A program made the position numbers and the translations under genes. The notes under the pieces are model-generated. The model worked only from the letters and a program-made list of their open reading frames with translations. It was not told the DNA's origin and did no database searches. Shown here one piece after another: positions 1-9,906 of a stretch of DNA of 33,618 nucleotides. Source of the stretch: Chrysochromulina tobinii (Eukaryota); assembly GCA_001275005.1 (NCBI GenBank), contig JWZX01003279.1, positions 1 through 33,618 of the forward strand, read 5' to 3'. How positions within the stretch are numbered: the stretch's first letter is position 1; the number at the start of each line of letters is the position of its first letter.

Positions 1-41
1 GGGCGCGGGCGCGCTGCCGCCGCCGCCGCCGCCGCCGCCGC

Positions 42-82
<41 letters not shown>

Positions 83-1518
83 ACCTCGACCTCCATTAGG
101 CCGCTGCTCATGCCGACGGCGGCTGCGATGGCCGCCATCCGCCCGCAAGCCGCGCCGCTGCCGCCGCCGCCGCCGCCAAGCATGAAAGCCGCCCGCAGCG
201 CGCGCGGCGAGGTGGTCTCCGCCTGGGCCGACGAGGAGGCGAGGAGGGAGAGCCCATCGCTCCACGAATTCTGTGGGAGCTTCCACGGTCCCTCGGGCGA
301 AGATGGGGATGAGGGCGGTCCGGAGCTGCCGCGGCTGCGCGCCCGCTGCGTGTCCGGTGAGCCGCCGTCCGCGCCGCCCTCGCCGCCCTCGCCGCTCTGG
401 TCCTCTGCCGAGCGCATCGTCGCCGCGCGCAGCAGCGCGAGCCCGTCCGTCTTCTTACTCCCGCGCGGCCCCTTGCCCACCGCGCGCCTGGCCACCTTGG
501 CTGTCGACTTGTCGGCGCTGGTCGCGCCGTCCGCACCCTCGCCGGTCGCGCCGTCCGCAGCCTCGGCGCCCTCGCCGGCCGCAGCGGCGGCGCTCGCCCC
601 CTTGTCGCCCTTGGTGCTCGTACTCAGCTTGCGCTTCGCCAGCGGCTTGGGCTGCTGCGCGTCGCTCGCGCTCACGCCCTGAGCTATCATCTGCTTGGCG
701 ATCGCCTGCGCGTCCATCTGGGCGAGATCGACATCTCCGAGCCCGGGCACGGAGCCGCCGCAGCGCCGCTGGATGCGCAGCATGCGGCGCGTCGTCGAGT
801 TCCACCGGTTCTTGATGGCGTTGTCCGTGCGTCCCGGGATCAGCTTCACGATGTGAGCCCACTTGGTGCCGTGCGCCGCGACCGCCTCCATGATCGCCCT
901 GTCCTCATCCTCGCTGAACGACTCCTTCTTGACACTCGGTGAGAGGTGGTTGTGCCAGCGCTCGCGGCACTGCTTACCGATGCGCGAGGGCAGTTCCGCC
1001 GCGATCCGCGACCAGTTGGACGCGCCGTGCAGCTCGACCAGCTCGAGCAGCCGGGCGTCCTCGTGCGTCTTCCACGCCTGCTTGCGCACCGACTTTGCGC
1101 CGTCAGCTTCGGCCGCGCCGTCAGCGTCGGCCGCGTCGGCAGCATCGGCCGCGTCGGCATCGGCGGCGTCATCGTCCAGGCTGGAACCGCACCGCACCGC
1201 GGCCTTGGCCAACGGCGTCGTCGCCACAACGGTCGCGCCCACCCAGGGGGCGGTTGACGAGGAGGCGTTGTTGGGGGTTTCGATCTCCTCCAGGCCGTAG
1301 GAGGGACTGTGCGGCTGCTGCGCGTCTGGCGACGGATAAGACATCGACAGCGCCGCAGAGATGTCGGCCGCGCAGTAGCTGGAACGTGATGTACATTCCT
1401 CGGGCGGCGGCGCGTTGCTGCCAGAAAAGCAAGCGACCAGGACGGCGTCTGCGCCAGGCTTGATATCGTCGAGCGAGATGTTGAGGGGCGCGGGGCTCAC
1501 GGTGCTGCCGGTCATCAT
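1..1518 (-). CDS. R2R3-MYB transcription factor, 3'-partial (runs off window start)
   Basis: Hand translation from ATG 1518 is open to base 1; it is absent from the ORF track because it has no stop in the window. Two Myb repeats: WKTHEDARLLELVELHGASNWSRIAAELPSRIGKQCRERWHNHLSP and FSEDEDRAIMEAVAAHGTKWAHIVKLIPGRTDNAIKNRWNS (~800-1080). Confidence 0.92.
16..81. repeat. Compound trinucleotide microsatellite (GCC)9(GCT)13 encoding Ser13-Gly9 in the MYB C-terminal region
   Basis: Direct count in sequence, in the MYB reading frame. Confidence 0.95.
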
Positions 1519-1845
1519 CGAGGAAACAGCTGTAACCGCTCAGGCAACTGGTCTCCGAAGCGGGTGCCCCCGGGCAGGCAAGGATGCAGACAAAATGCTG
1601 TACTCCACTCGCGGGACCGCGGCGGCAGAATGTGGTGTGTTCTTCACGGCCAATGTTTAGAATTCGACTGAGCTGACGCGAAACCTAACAACTTGTACAC
1701 TTTCTCTGCAGGAGACACGTCATCTCGGCTTGGCAAGGGTGACGTTCCTTTCACCGCAAAGTAAGTGTTTCGTCGTCTTCATGTTCACAGCAAATTCACA
1801 CATCTTCAAACCACCTACATGTCGGTCGTCTCAAAGGGTAAAGAA

Positions 1846-2382
1846 ATGGCCGTCGCGCTCACGAATCTCAATCCGTTGGCCCCCTTGATCGTCACAGTGG
1901 TCATCGTGGTCGCCCTTGTCGCCATGCTCATCTTTAAGAAGGTCAATAAGTCGACGCCGGCCGCTGCAGCGCCCACACCCATTGCAGCTGCGCCCGCCGC
2001 ACCTGCCGCCGCCTCGAGCAGTAAGCCGAAGCGTGCGGCCAAGTCGCCCGCGCCCGCCGCCAAGTCACCCACGCCCCCTGCCAAGTCACCAGCCAAGTCA
2101 CCCGCACCCGCGCCTGCACCCGCACCGGTGAGCCAGCTTGCGGCTCTAACACACCAGCCCGATCGCAACGGCGGGCTCCCCTCGCCGATTCCGCCCTGAC
2201 CATTGCTGCCGTCGGCTCTGACCGCGCGCTTCGCGCTCTGCTCTCCATATGCGCAGGCCAAAGGGCTGAAGTCGCCCAAAGTTGTCTCCAAGCGCGTGTC
2301 CGCCGAGCTTGCCGCCCTCGAGTTCGCCTCGCCGGGCGCTGCGATGCTGGCTTCGGGGTCGAAGCGGCGCGGTCGCTCGTGA
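1846..2382 (+). CDS. Small single-pass membrane protein with Ala/Pro/Lys (KSP) repeat tail; exons 1846-2127 and 2257-2382
   Basis: Hydrophobic helix PLIVTVVIVVALVAMLIF followed by AKSPAP repeats. A GTGAG...GCGCAG intron at 2128-2256 joins in frame to AKGLKSPKVVSKRVSAELAALEFASPG...KRRGRS*. An alternative in-frame ATG lies at 1819. Confidence 0.65.
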
Positions 2383-3421
2383 GCCAGCATTCGGCCGCGA
2401 GCGTGACAGTGAATCATCTCCCTATAGGCCGGTGTGGCGAGGCCAGCTGGGCGGGCGGGGTTGAATCCCAGCGCGCGGACCGCGCATGGAGGACTGGCCG
2501 CAGGCCGCTCAGCCTCAGGGCCGCCGAGCATCAGCCGCCGAGCCTCCCTCGGCGCGGTGTTGTACGATCGCATGACAAGACGCATGTGTGTGTCGTGGCA
2601 TCGCGGGCGAGAGTCGCAGCGACGTGCGTGAGTTTCTGTGTGTGCACTGTGTCGTGTGAGTGAGTGTGCGGAGCGTCGTCGCGGTCTTCCCGGCCCACCG
2701 GCACCGCCCACCGCGGCCACGTCGAGGGACTCGTCGACCCGACCCGCAAGGCCACGCGACCCGCCCCGACGTCGCTCCCCGCCCGGCCTACACCGGTCCG
2801 TCAGGGAGCGGGGCCGGGGGCGCAACATCGCGTCCACGTCGGGCGGGGCCCCCGCTTGATTTTCACCTGCGACCCGGGCCCGGGGCCGGGGGCGGCGCTA
2901 CCCGGGTGCGAACTACAACATGATTGACTATTGAACTTGAGTCGAACCGCTCGCGGCTCGGCGGACGCCGCGCGCGCGCGCGAGCGGGTCCGAGCGAGAA
3001 GCGTGACGGCTGAGAGAGAGTTCGGTTGTAACAGTTACCGCGTGAAGCTTGAAGGGTCTAGGGAGTCTACAGGGTGGACTCACACTCAGGGTGGACTCAA
3101 TTTACTAAATCATGAATTCAGAATTGGAGACTCAATGAAAAAGTTCAATAAAAACCAAATACAAAATGAAGCACGCTCCGAGGAACAGCCTTGAACTCAG
3201 TGTCACCGCGGGTCGTCGGCTCGTCGCACGCTCGACGATCGTCACGTCGAACACGGACTCGTCCGAGCGTGTGGTCCCGTTGCGACGCGCTCGCCCACGT
3301 CGGCCCACGCGCGCTCTGCCGCATCAGTCCGCTTGGGAGTACTCCAGGCAACGACCCCGCATGGCCAGCACCCACGCCCCACGAGCCCTCGCCGCGCGAC
3401 TTCACCTCACGACGCCGACGG

Positions 3422-4723
3422 TCACTCGGCAGTGACGGCGGCGCTTGAGCGCTTCTCGATGTTCTGCGCGAGCACGTATGAGCGGAAGGAGAGGCCCTTG
3501 GTCTTCTCGATGACCTGCTGGTACACGTCAGGCGGCTGCACGCCGAGGATGACGTGGCCACTCTGCGAGTCGATCTTCGCGTTCAGCTGCGCGTCGGACA
3601 CCATCTTGACGATCCACTTCTCTGCGGCGATCTGCTCCATGCCGAGCTTCTGCGCCAGCATCGCCAGGTTGATGCGCTCGTGGATGCGGCAGTACGACTC
3701 GAAAATGGAGAGGCGCGCGGCCTTGAGGAAGAGCACCTCCGAGTTGCACAGGAAAAAGTCGCGGTCGAGCACCTGCGCGCATGCCTTGAGCCGCTCCTGC
3801 GCGTCTTCGAAGTTGGCGCGCGTGTGCAGATCCTCGAGGAAGGAGGTGATGGGGTCGGAGTAGTTGGCGCGCTCGATGCCGATGACGCGCACGAGGTCGC
3901 GCATCTTGTCGCGCCGGCGCGGGTTGGTCACGACGGCGACGGCGAGGTAGCGCAGCAGGTGCGGCGCGTTCGTCTGCAGCGCCTGCAGCCACTTCTCCTG
4001 CAGGAAAAGATCTGCGACGACCGCCCGCCCGTTCGTGTGGTTGCCGAGCAGGAAAAGGGCCCAGTGCATGAGCCAGCACCGCTGCTGCAGCACCATCGCG
4101 GGCGGCGTGGACGTGCGCGCGTCAATCGCGTCGCGCAGCGCGTTCAGGTCCTCAAGCGCCGCGTCCCACGCGCGGTTGAGGATCTCGCCCGCGAGCTTGC
4201 CCCACAGCGCCGAGAAGGCCTTGTCGGAGTCGCTCGTGAGAAGCCGGTAGCTGCCGAGCAGGTTGGCGGCCTGCTCGTAGTTGCCGCACTCGAAGAGAAA
4301 TTTCGCCCACTTCAGCAGCACCTCGATCTGCGCCGGCGTGATGTTCAGCTGCTGCCCAAGGTACGCCTGCGTGAAGCAGCGGTTGTGCTTTAGCTCCTCG
4401 ACGCGGCCCGGGTCGCCGACGACGGCGAGGATGGGCTCGACCTCGGCCTGAAGGGCCTTCATGTTGCTGAGGACTTCCTCGCGCCGCGTCGCGATGCTCG
4501 CCGGCACATCGCTCGTCGAGTTCAGACCCTTGTAAATGTCTACCGCTAGGTCGAGCATGTTCGTCTTGAAGAGCACGGTCAGCTTCGCCTTCTCGAGGTC
4601 ATCCTTGGGGGCAAGCTCGCGCGAGCTGAGGAAATCGAGCAGCGGCAGCAACAGGTGGCGGTCGAGGAACCGGCCGATCGTGGGTGTGAGGTCGTGCGAC
4701 GAGAACGCTGAGGTCGCGGCCAT
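3422..4723 (-). CDS. EIF3E: Eukaryotic translation initiation factor 3 subunit E (Int6)
   Basis: N-terminal DLTPTIGRFLDRHLLLPLLDFL, ALWGKLAGEIL, LQQRCWLMHWALF, and a PCI domain (YCRIHERINLAMLAQKLGM...AEKWIVKMVSDAQLNAKIDS...VYQQVIEKTK). Intronless, ATG at 4723. Confidence 0.97.
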   Translation of the reverse strand: MAATSAFSSHDLTPTIGRFLDRHLLLPLLDFLSSRELAPKDDLEKAKLTVLFKTNMLDLAVDIYKGLNSTSDVPASIATRREEVLSNMKALQAEVEPILAVVGDPGRVEELKHNRCFTQAYLGQQLNITPAQIEVLLKWAKFLFECGNYEQAANLLGSYRLLTSDSDKAFSALWGKLAGEILNRAWDAALEDLNALRDAIDARTSTPPAMVLQQRCWLMHWALFLLGNHTNGRAVVADLFLQEKWLQALQTNAPHLLRYLAVAVVTNPRRRDKMRDLVRVIGIERANYSDPITSFLEDLHTRANFEDAQERLKACAQVLDRDFFLCNSEVLFLKAARLSIFESYCRIHERINLAMLAQKLGMEQIAAEKWIVKMVSDAQLNAKIDSQSGHVILGVQPPDVYQQVIEKTKGLSFRSYVLAQNIEKRSSAAVTAE

Positions 4724-5017
4724 CGTCGAAGCCACGCGACTCGCAAGTGACCAGTCTGTACACATTCACAGTGCCCTCGAGCTTAAAATACAACGCCAAG
4801 GAGTTGAGTCGGCGCAACAAGACCCGTGCCCGCTGCTGTACTCACCACGATCTGCATCGCTCCTGCCGCTCAGAGCTGCCGAGGAAATCGTTCGCGGCAT
4901 CACCCTCCGAGGCTCCCGCTCCGTCTGCTAAGTAAGTTCTCCGCTGACGGTACTGCTGCCGCTCGTGAGGTCGTTGTTCCTCGGCCAGAGTGAGCTCGGC
5001 CTCCACCGGAGGCGGGC

Positions 5018-6876
5018 TCACGAGGGCCTCTGGCCCGGCGGCATCGAGAGGCGCATAGGCGGCATGCCCTGCGGCGGTTGGCCCATCGGCGTGCCCATCG
5101 GCAGGCGCCCCGGCTGCATCGCCTGCTGCTGCTGCTGCTGCATCTGCTGCTGCATCTGCTGCTGCATCATCGGCTGCATCTGCTGTTGCATCATCATCTG
5201 CTGCTGCGCCGCCATCGCCTGCTGCTGATGCACCATCAGCTGCTGCTGCTGCGGTGTCTGCTGCGACTGCGGCTTGCCCATCATGTTGGCGCCGGCCATG
5301 TTCAAGAACGGGCCCGGCGCCGACATGGTCTGCATGACTCCCGGCTGCATCTGGGGCAAAGTAGCCATGTAGCCCATCGGCACCTGTGCGGCGCCGGGCA
5401 TCATCATGCCGGACGCGCCCGGCTGCGGCGGCATCATCATCGCCATCCGCTGCTGCAGCTGCTGCTGCTGCTGCTGCGGCTGCTGCTGCTGCTGCTGCTG
5501 CGCCTGCTGCATCTGCATGGTGTACATCATGGCCTGCGGTGGCGAGGCGACGCTGTACTGGACCATCTGCGGTTGCGGCGGCAGCCGCGGCGAGAGGGCA
5601 GCGTCGGCGCCCGACATGGCGCCCGACATGGCCGGAGTGCCCGCTCCGGCGCCTCCGTACGGCTTGCCAGGCACGAAGGCCTTCGCAGCCGCGTTGAGCT
5701 TGGACTTCATCGACAAGGGAGGTTTGGAGGGAGCCTCGCCCCCGGCGGCAGGCGCATCGACCGAGGGCGAGCCGCCTGAGGCCGGCGGTGCGGCCGGCAG
5801 TGCGGGCGTCGCCGGGGCCGTGATGGTGCTCACGACGGCGCGGGTTGGGTCGGTGCCATCACTCGTGAGCACCATCGAATACTTCGCCTCCTCGTCCTCG
5901 TCGTCGTTGTCGTCGAGCTCCTTGAGGCCCCGCTCCTCGAGCACGTGCTTATTCGTCGAGCCCTTCTTCTCAATCTCGGCCGCCATCGCCTGCGCCTTGG
6001 CCAGCTGCTCGGGCGTGTACTTGTCCATAGTGAGCTTCGTCGTATACAAATCATCAGAGTAATTCGAGCGATGGCCCAGGCGCTCGTTGACCGCAAACTG
6101 GTCCCAGTTGCGCGTCGAGCCGCCCTTGCTCATCGACAGGTCCGCGTCCAGCGCCGTGTCTTCGGACAGCCACGTGGTCGCCCTCACAAGCTCTCGATCC
6201 TCGCCGGCACCGCGGCCGGCCACTTCGATCTCCGTGTCGGCGAGCACTCCGTCACCGATCGAGCGCGCGACGACGGTGCGCTCGTCATTATACAGGTCGG
6301 CATCCTTGATGACGAGGCTCACTATGTCGGTGCGCCTGAAGACGCGCCGAGCCACGGCCTCGGCGACGAGCTCCTCCGGTCCGACCACCTGCCGCACCAC
6401 TCTCATCACCACACCGGCCTGCTTGCCCTTGGCGTCCTCGGGGCATCCGGCCTCGTCCCACCAGCCCGTGCTCAGGATGCCATCGAACAGGCCGCCGCCC
6501 TTGAGCGTGATGGTCACCGGCAGGCCCTGCCATCGCAGCAGCGGACGAGAAAGAGTGTTGCGCGGGGCGCGTGAGATACTGTGCCAGGGAGAGATTGCCT
6601 CAGGCACGGTTGTGGCTGTGGCGGTGAGCCACGCACCACGAGGCTGCGCATGGCAAACGAGAGCCGCTCGGACGTCGTCGCCTTGTACTCGGCAGGGTTG
6701 CGCTGGCCAATCCTGCCAGGCCGAAGTCGTTTGCAGAGGCTCTCAGCAGGGATACACGCCGCCAAGGGAGCAGCGCGGCTCGAGCATGAGAACCGTGGGA
6801 TGTTCAGGCCGGAAAAAGCACACCGAGTTATTGCTTGGCCAGACAGGGCCTTTGGGCGCGTCGAGATGCTGGTCAT
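5018..6876 (-). CDS. ATXN2: Ataxin-2/Pbp1-like RNA-binding protein (Lsm, LsmAD, PAM2, Q/M-rich tail); predicted exons 6876-6824, 6712-6637, 6526-5018
   Basis: Splicing GT-AG introns 6713-6823 and 6527-6636 rebuilds the Lsm start ERLSFAMRSLV|GLPVTITLKGGGLFDGILS. LsmAD is WDQFAVNERLGHRSNYSDDLYTTKL...AEIEK and PAM2 is KSKLNAAAKAFVPG. The first intron is in-frame (111 nt) and less certain. Confidence 0.88.
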
Positions 6877-7093
6877 TATGCGAGGTTATTGCCTGGAGGG
6901 AGACGAGGGTTCCGCGCGGCGGCGGCACGCCGAGACCGGGCCGAAGAGCGGTGCTTGGTGGAAAAGGCGTGCAGAAGTTGCTAAAACACGTGGACACGAA
7001 AATGGGTTTTTTGACGTAGGAGGGCCGGCACCCCGCTCAACTAAGGCGCACTGAAAGATTCTCATTGTGAAGATTTTTACGCGGCGATTTCAC

Positions 7094-7744
7094 ATGGCAC
7101 TTGTTTCTCTCGTCCAGATTCTCGCTCTGTCGCTCGCGCCGCCCGCGTCGACCACAAGGAAGTTCGACCGCCGAGCGTTGCTCTTCTCGCCCGTCGCCAT
7201 CGCAACCGCCGCAGCACTGCAGCCTCGACCTGCCGCCGCTGCCTCGGCACTGCCAACTAGTTACAAGGATGAGCGCTACGGCGTCTCATTCTTGCTGCCA
7301 GAGGGTTACGTGATGAAACCACAGGAGCTAGCAGATGGCCGCCGCCTCGTCACTGCGACCGATCCTAACGATGACACGACCAACGTCTTCATCGCTTTCA
7401 CTCCGATCCGACCCGACTATACCAGTTTGGGCTCCTTCGGCACAATAGACTTTATCGGCTCCACGCTGCTCCCGCAGTGCGGCTCCAATGGCGCATGCGC
7501 CTTCGCAAGCGGCGATGACATCGAGGGCGTGATGCTGGAGCAGGCGTCGGTGAAGGGCTCGTTCGTCTACGACTACACCATCCAGCAGCAGGGCGGGCCG
7601 ATGCGCCACTTACGATCACTCCTTGCCATCAAGGCGGACGGCGCCGCGAGCGTCCTCATCACGCTCACCGCGCAGTGCCTCGAGCCCAAGCATGCGGCGG
7701 TCGCCGCCACCTTTAAGGCCATCATCGAGAGCTATGCGTCATGA
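7094..7744 (+). CDS. PsbP-domain protein (PPD type), thylakoid lumen
   Basis: Signal peptide MALVSLVQILALSLA, twin-Arg DRRALL, AxA cleavage site. PsbP motifs YKDERYGVSFLLPEGY, DYTSLGSFGTID, YDYTIQ...RHL, LITLTAQC...FKAIIESY. Confidence 0.88.
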   Translation: MALVSLVQILALSLAPPASTTRKFDRRALLFSPVAIATAAALQPRPAAAASALPTSYKDERYGVSFLLPEGYVMKPQELADGRRLVTATDPNDDTTNVFIAFTPIRPDYTSLGSFGTIDFIGSTLLPQCGSNGACAFASGDDIEGVMLEQASVKGSFVYDYTIQQQGGPMRHLRSLLAIKADGAASVLITLTAQCLEPKHAAVAATFKAIIESYAS

Positions 7745-8296
7745 TCGCGTCCGGAGGCCACGCGCCACCCACGCCATGAGCCCATGACCCTTGCGATGAC
7801 CACGCAAGAACACCACTCGTCGGTCTGGGACGCGGTCATCTTCCGGGGACGGACCACGGAAATTTTATGTTGCGCTGTTCGAGCCCTGACGTGGCTGTCT
7901 CGCGAAGTTCACATGCATGCAGGACCGTTCTTGTTCACAGTACTTGAGCAACCGAGCAGGACGACGCAGAATCGTGCAGTTACCCCTGTGTGTTTTGTCG
8001 CACTTTACCAACAAAGCCCCAAACATGTCATTTGTTCGTCGCACCTACCTGTACAGCAAGTACTTCACGCTAAGTGCCAGGGATCCGCCCTGTGTGTGCT
8101 CCGGAGAGACACCCGACCTGCGACCTCACTAGCGAAATTGATTGCCCGAGCCGTCTGACTCTGAGCGAGCGAGTACTCAGTACTTGTGTTGACCGAGGGG
8201 CCTTTCTTTGAGACGGTGACGGGCGCGCGGGGTCCGCGACGAAACTGGGGGGCATGCATGCTTGGGGAGTGCAAGACTTCCGTTCCGGCGAGGTAA

Positions 8297-9817
8297 ATGT
8301 ACCTCATTCCGCCCTCCAGCGGTGCGTGCACCGACACGCCTGGTTGGACCAACACGTATCAAGCCACGTGCAACACCTTCGTGGTTGATGGGCACTGCAC
8401 CGGCAACGGATTCGCCGTCAGCCACGATTGGGCGGCTGCAGCCGCGTTTGGCAGCGCAGGCGAGCATTGCTGCGTCTGCGGCAAAGACCGACGGCATGTG
8501 CAGCTTGTTCGGCCGTCGCCGCATGATGTAGGAGCCGAATTCGGGCCACGTCATGTCCAGCCTCGCTCTGAGAAGTCGCCAACGCTGTGGCGCTGCACCC
8601 TTCCGCCGTATCCACCGCTTGTATCGTTGATCGTCCTGACTTGCAATCGGCCCGGATTCCTGGACTTGGCCGCGGCACAAACCTATCCGAACCTCGAGGT
8701 GGTCGTCGTGGATGACAGCTCAGACTCCCACGCCATCGAGCGCTCACAGCTACTCCGACGGCACGGCACCCTGCGCAATAAGATCCGCCTCGTGCAGCTC
8801 GCAGCCCGATCTTCGATTGGGGCCAAGCGCAACGCCGGCGTGCGCGCCGCGCGCGGAACCGTGCTGTTGCACTGGGATGACGACGACTTGCACCCTCCGG
8901 GGCAGGTGGAGGCCCTCGCGTGCCCAATCGTCACAAACCGGACGGAGCTCGCCGCGCTTGGCTTCGCCTACCTCGCCAAGCTCAGTCGCCTCCGCGGCGC
9001 ACGGTTTTATGAGTACCGCGGGGCAGGTCCCTTTCTCGGCTCGTTGGCCTTCCATCGCTCAGTGGCGGAGGCTCTGCTCGCCCACCCGGACGCCCACGCG
9101 GCCGCCCACCCGCCGCCACCCAGCCCTGGCGGCGGCGGACCCTTGGGCGGCCCATTTGCCGACGTGTCCCTCTCGGAGGACTTGGGCTTTGTGGAACGGG
9201 CACTGGACGGCTGCCATCGGATGCTCACCGTGACGGGCGTGCCGATCGTGTACACTCGGCATACATCGGTGCGCAACACGTGGCAGGTCAACCTGACCGA
9301 TCAAATGGCACCTTCAAGAGAGGTGCCGCCGCCCAGCTTTGTGAGCGACGCACTCCGGCGACAGTATGTGGAGGCTGAGGCGGATTCATTTGGGCGCGGC
9401 GCGTGCGTCCCGATCCGCAGGCATGCTCCTCCCGACTTGCGGTTTCCAGTGCGCTACCCATACATGCCCCCAAAGTGTTGCCACGGCAGCGCACGACGCC
9501 ATTCGAAAGCGGAGCTTCTCCGGCCGTGCGCGCCGTCGGCGAGCGAGTGCTCTACCACCTACTGCGGCGAGGCCAAGGGAGAGTGCTCGGCGAGCTGCAC
9601 GTGCCCGGAGGAGCGCCGGCACGGCGCGGCGGGTACAGTCGCGTGTGGCTTCCACTGTTGCCGCTTCTGGCGCGAGTGGTGGAGCGAGCACCCGGGGGCA
9701 TGCACCAGCCTGAAGGCGACGCGGCCGCTCAAGGCGCATGCATGCCAGGAGCGGCACCTGGTCAGCAGGAGGCGGACCGAGGGAGACGCAGTATACATTG
9801 AGAAAAACGTCATGTAA
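8297..9817 (+). CDS. Glycosyltransferase family 2 (GT-A) protein with Cys-rich N- and C-terminal modules
   Basis: PLVSLIVLTCNRP...QTYPNLEVVVVDDS, IGAKRNAGVRAARG, DXD-type WDDDD, SEDLGF. The start is uncertain and an upstream exon is possible. Confidence 0.85.
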   Translation: MYLIPPSSGACTDTPGWTNTYQATCNTFVVDGHCTGNGFAVSHDWAAAAAFGSAGEHCCVCGKDRRHVQLVRPSPHDVGAEFGPRHVQPRSEKSPTLWRCTLPPYPPLVSLIVLTCNRPGFLDLAAAQTYPNLEVVVVDDSSDSHAIERSQLLRRHGTLRNKIRLVQLAARSSIGAKRNAGVRAARGTVLLHWDDDDLHPPGQVEALACPIVTNRTELAALGFAYLAKLSRLRGARFYEYRGAGPFLGSLAFHRSVAEALLAHPDAHAAAHPPPPSPGGGGPLGGPFADVSLSEDLGFVERALDGCHRMLTVTGVPIVYTRHTSVRNTWQVNLTDQMAPSREVPPPSFVSDALRRQYVEAEADSFGRGACVPIRRHAPPDLRFPVRYPYMPPKCCHGSARRHSKAELLRPCAPSASECSTTYCGEAKGECSASCTCPEERRHGAAGTVACGFHCCRFWREWWSEHPGACTSLKATRPLKAHACQERHLVSRRRTEGDAVYIEKNVM

Positions 9818-9906
9818 AGTTGAAGGATTTTGCATGCACTTGCCCCCAAAATTTGGCCCTCATCGCAAGGCCCCTTGCTCATCGCGACGGGACCGCTCTC
9901 GATTAC

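Noticed and set aside
108..1463. Numerous overlapping ORF-track ORFs (Arg/Ala/Pro-rich) here and throughout the window
   Set aside because: Shadow ORFs of real genes in high-GC DNA. The true gene here is the MYB frame not listed in the track.
2690..3000. GC-rich palindromic stretches (cccgggcccgggg, (cg)n) as a possible MITE or ncRNA
   Set aside because: No clear terminal inverted repeats or TSD; consistent with low-complexity GC-rich 3' intergenic DNA.
8293..8319. Possible 27-nt GT-AG mini-intron that would extend the GT2 ORF upstream to ATG 8258
   Set aside because: Much shorter than the other introns here (81-219 nt), and the extension adds no recognisable signal anchor; needs RNA evidence.
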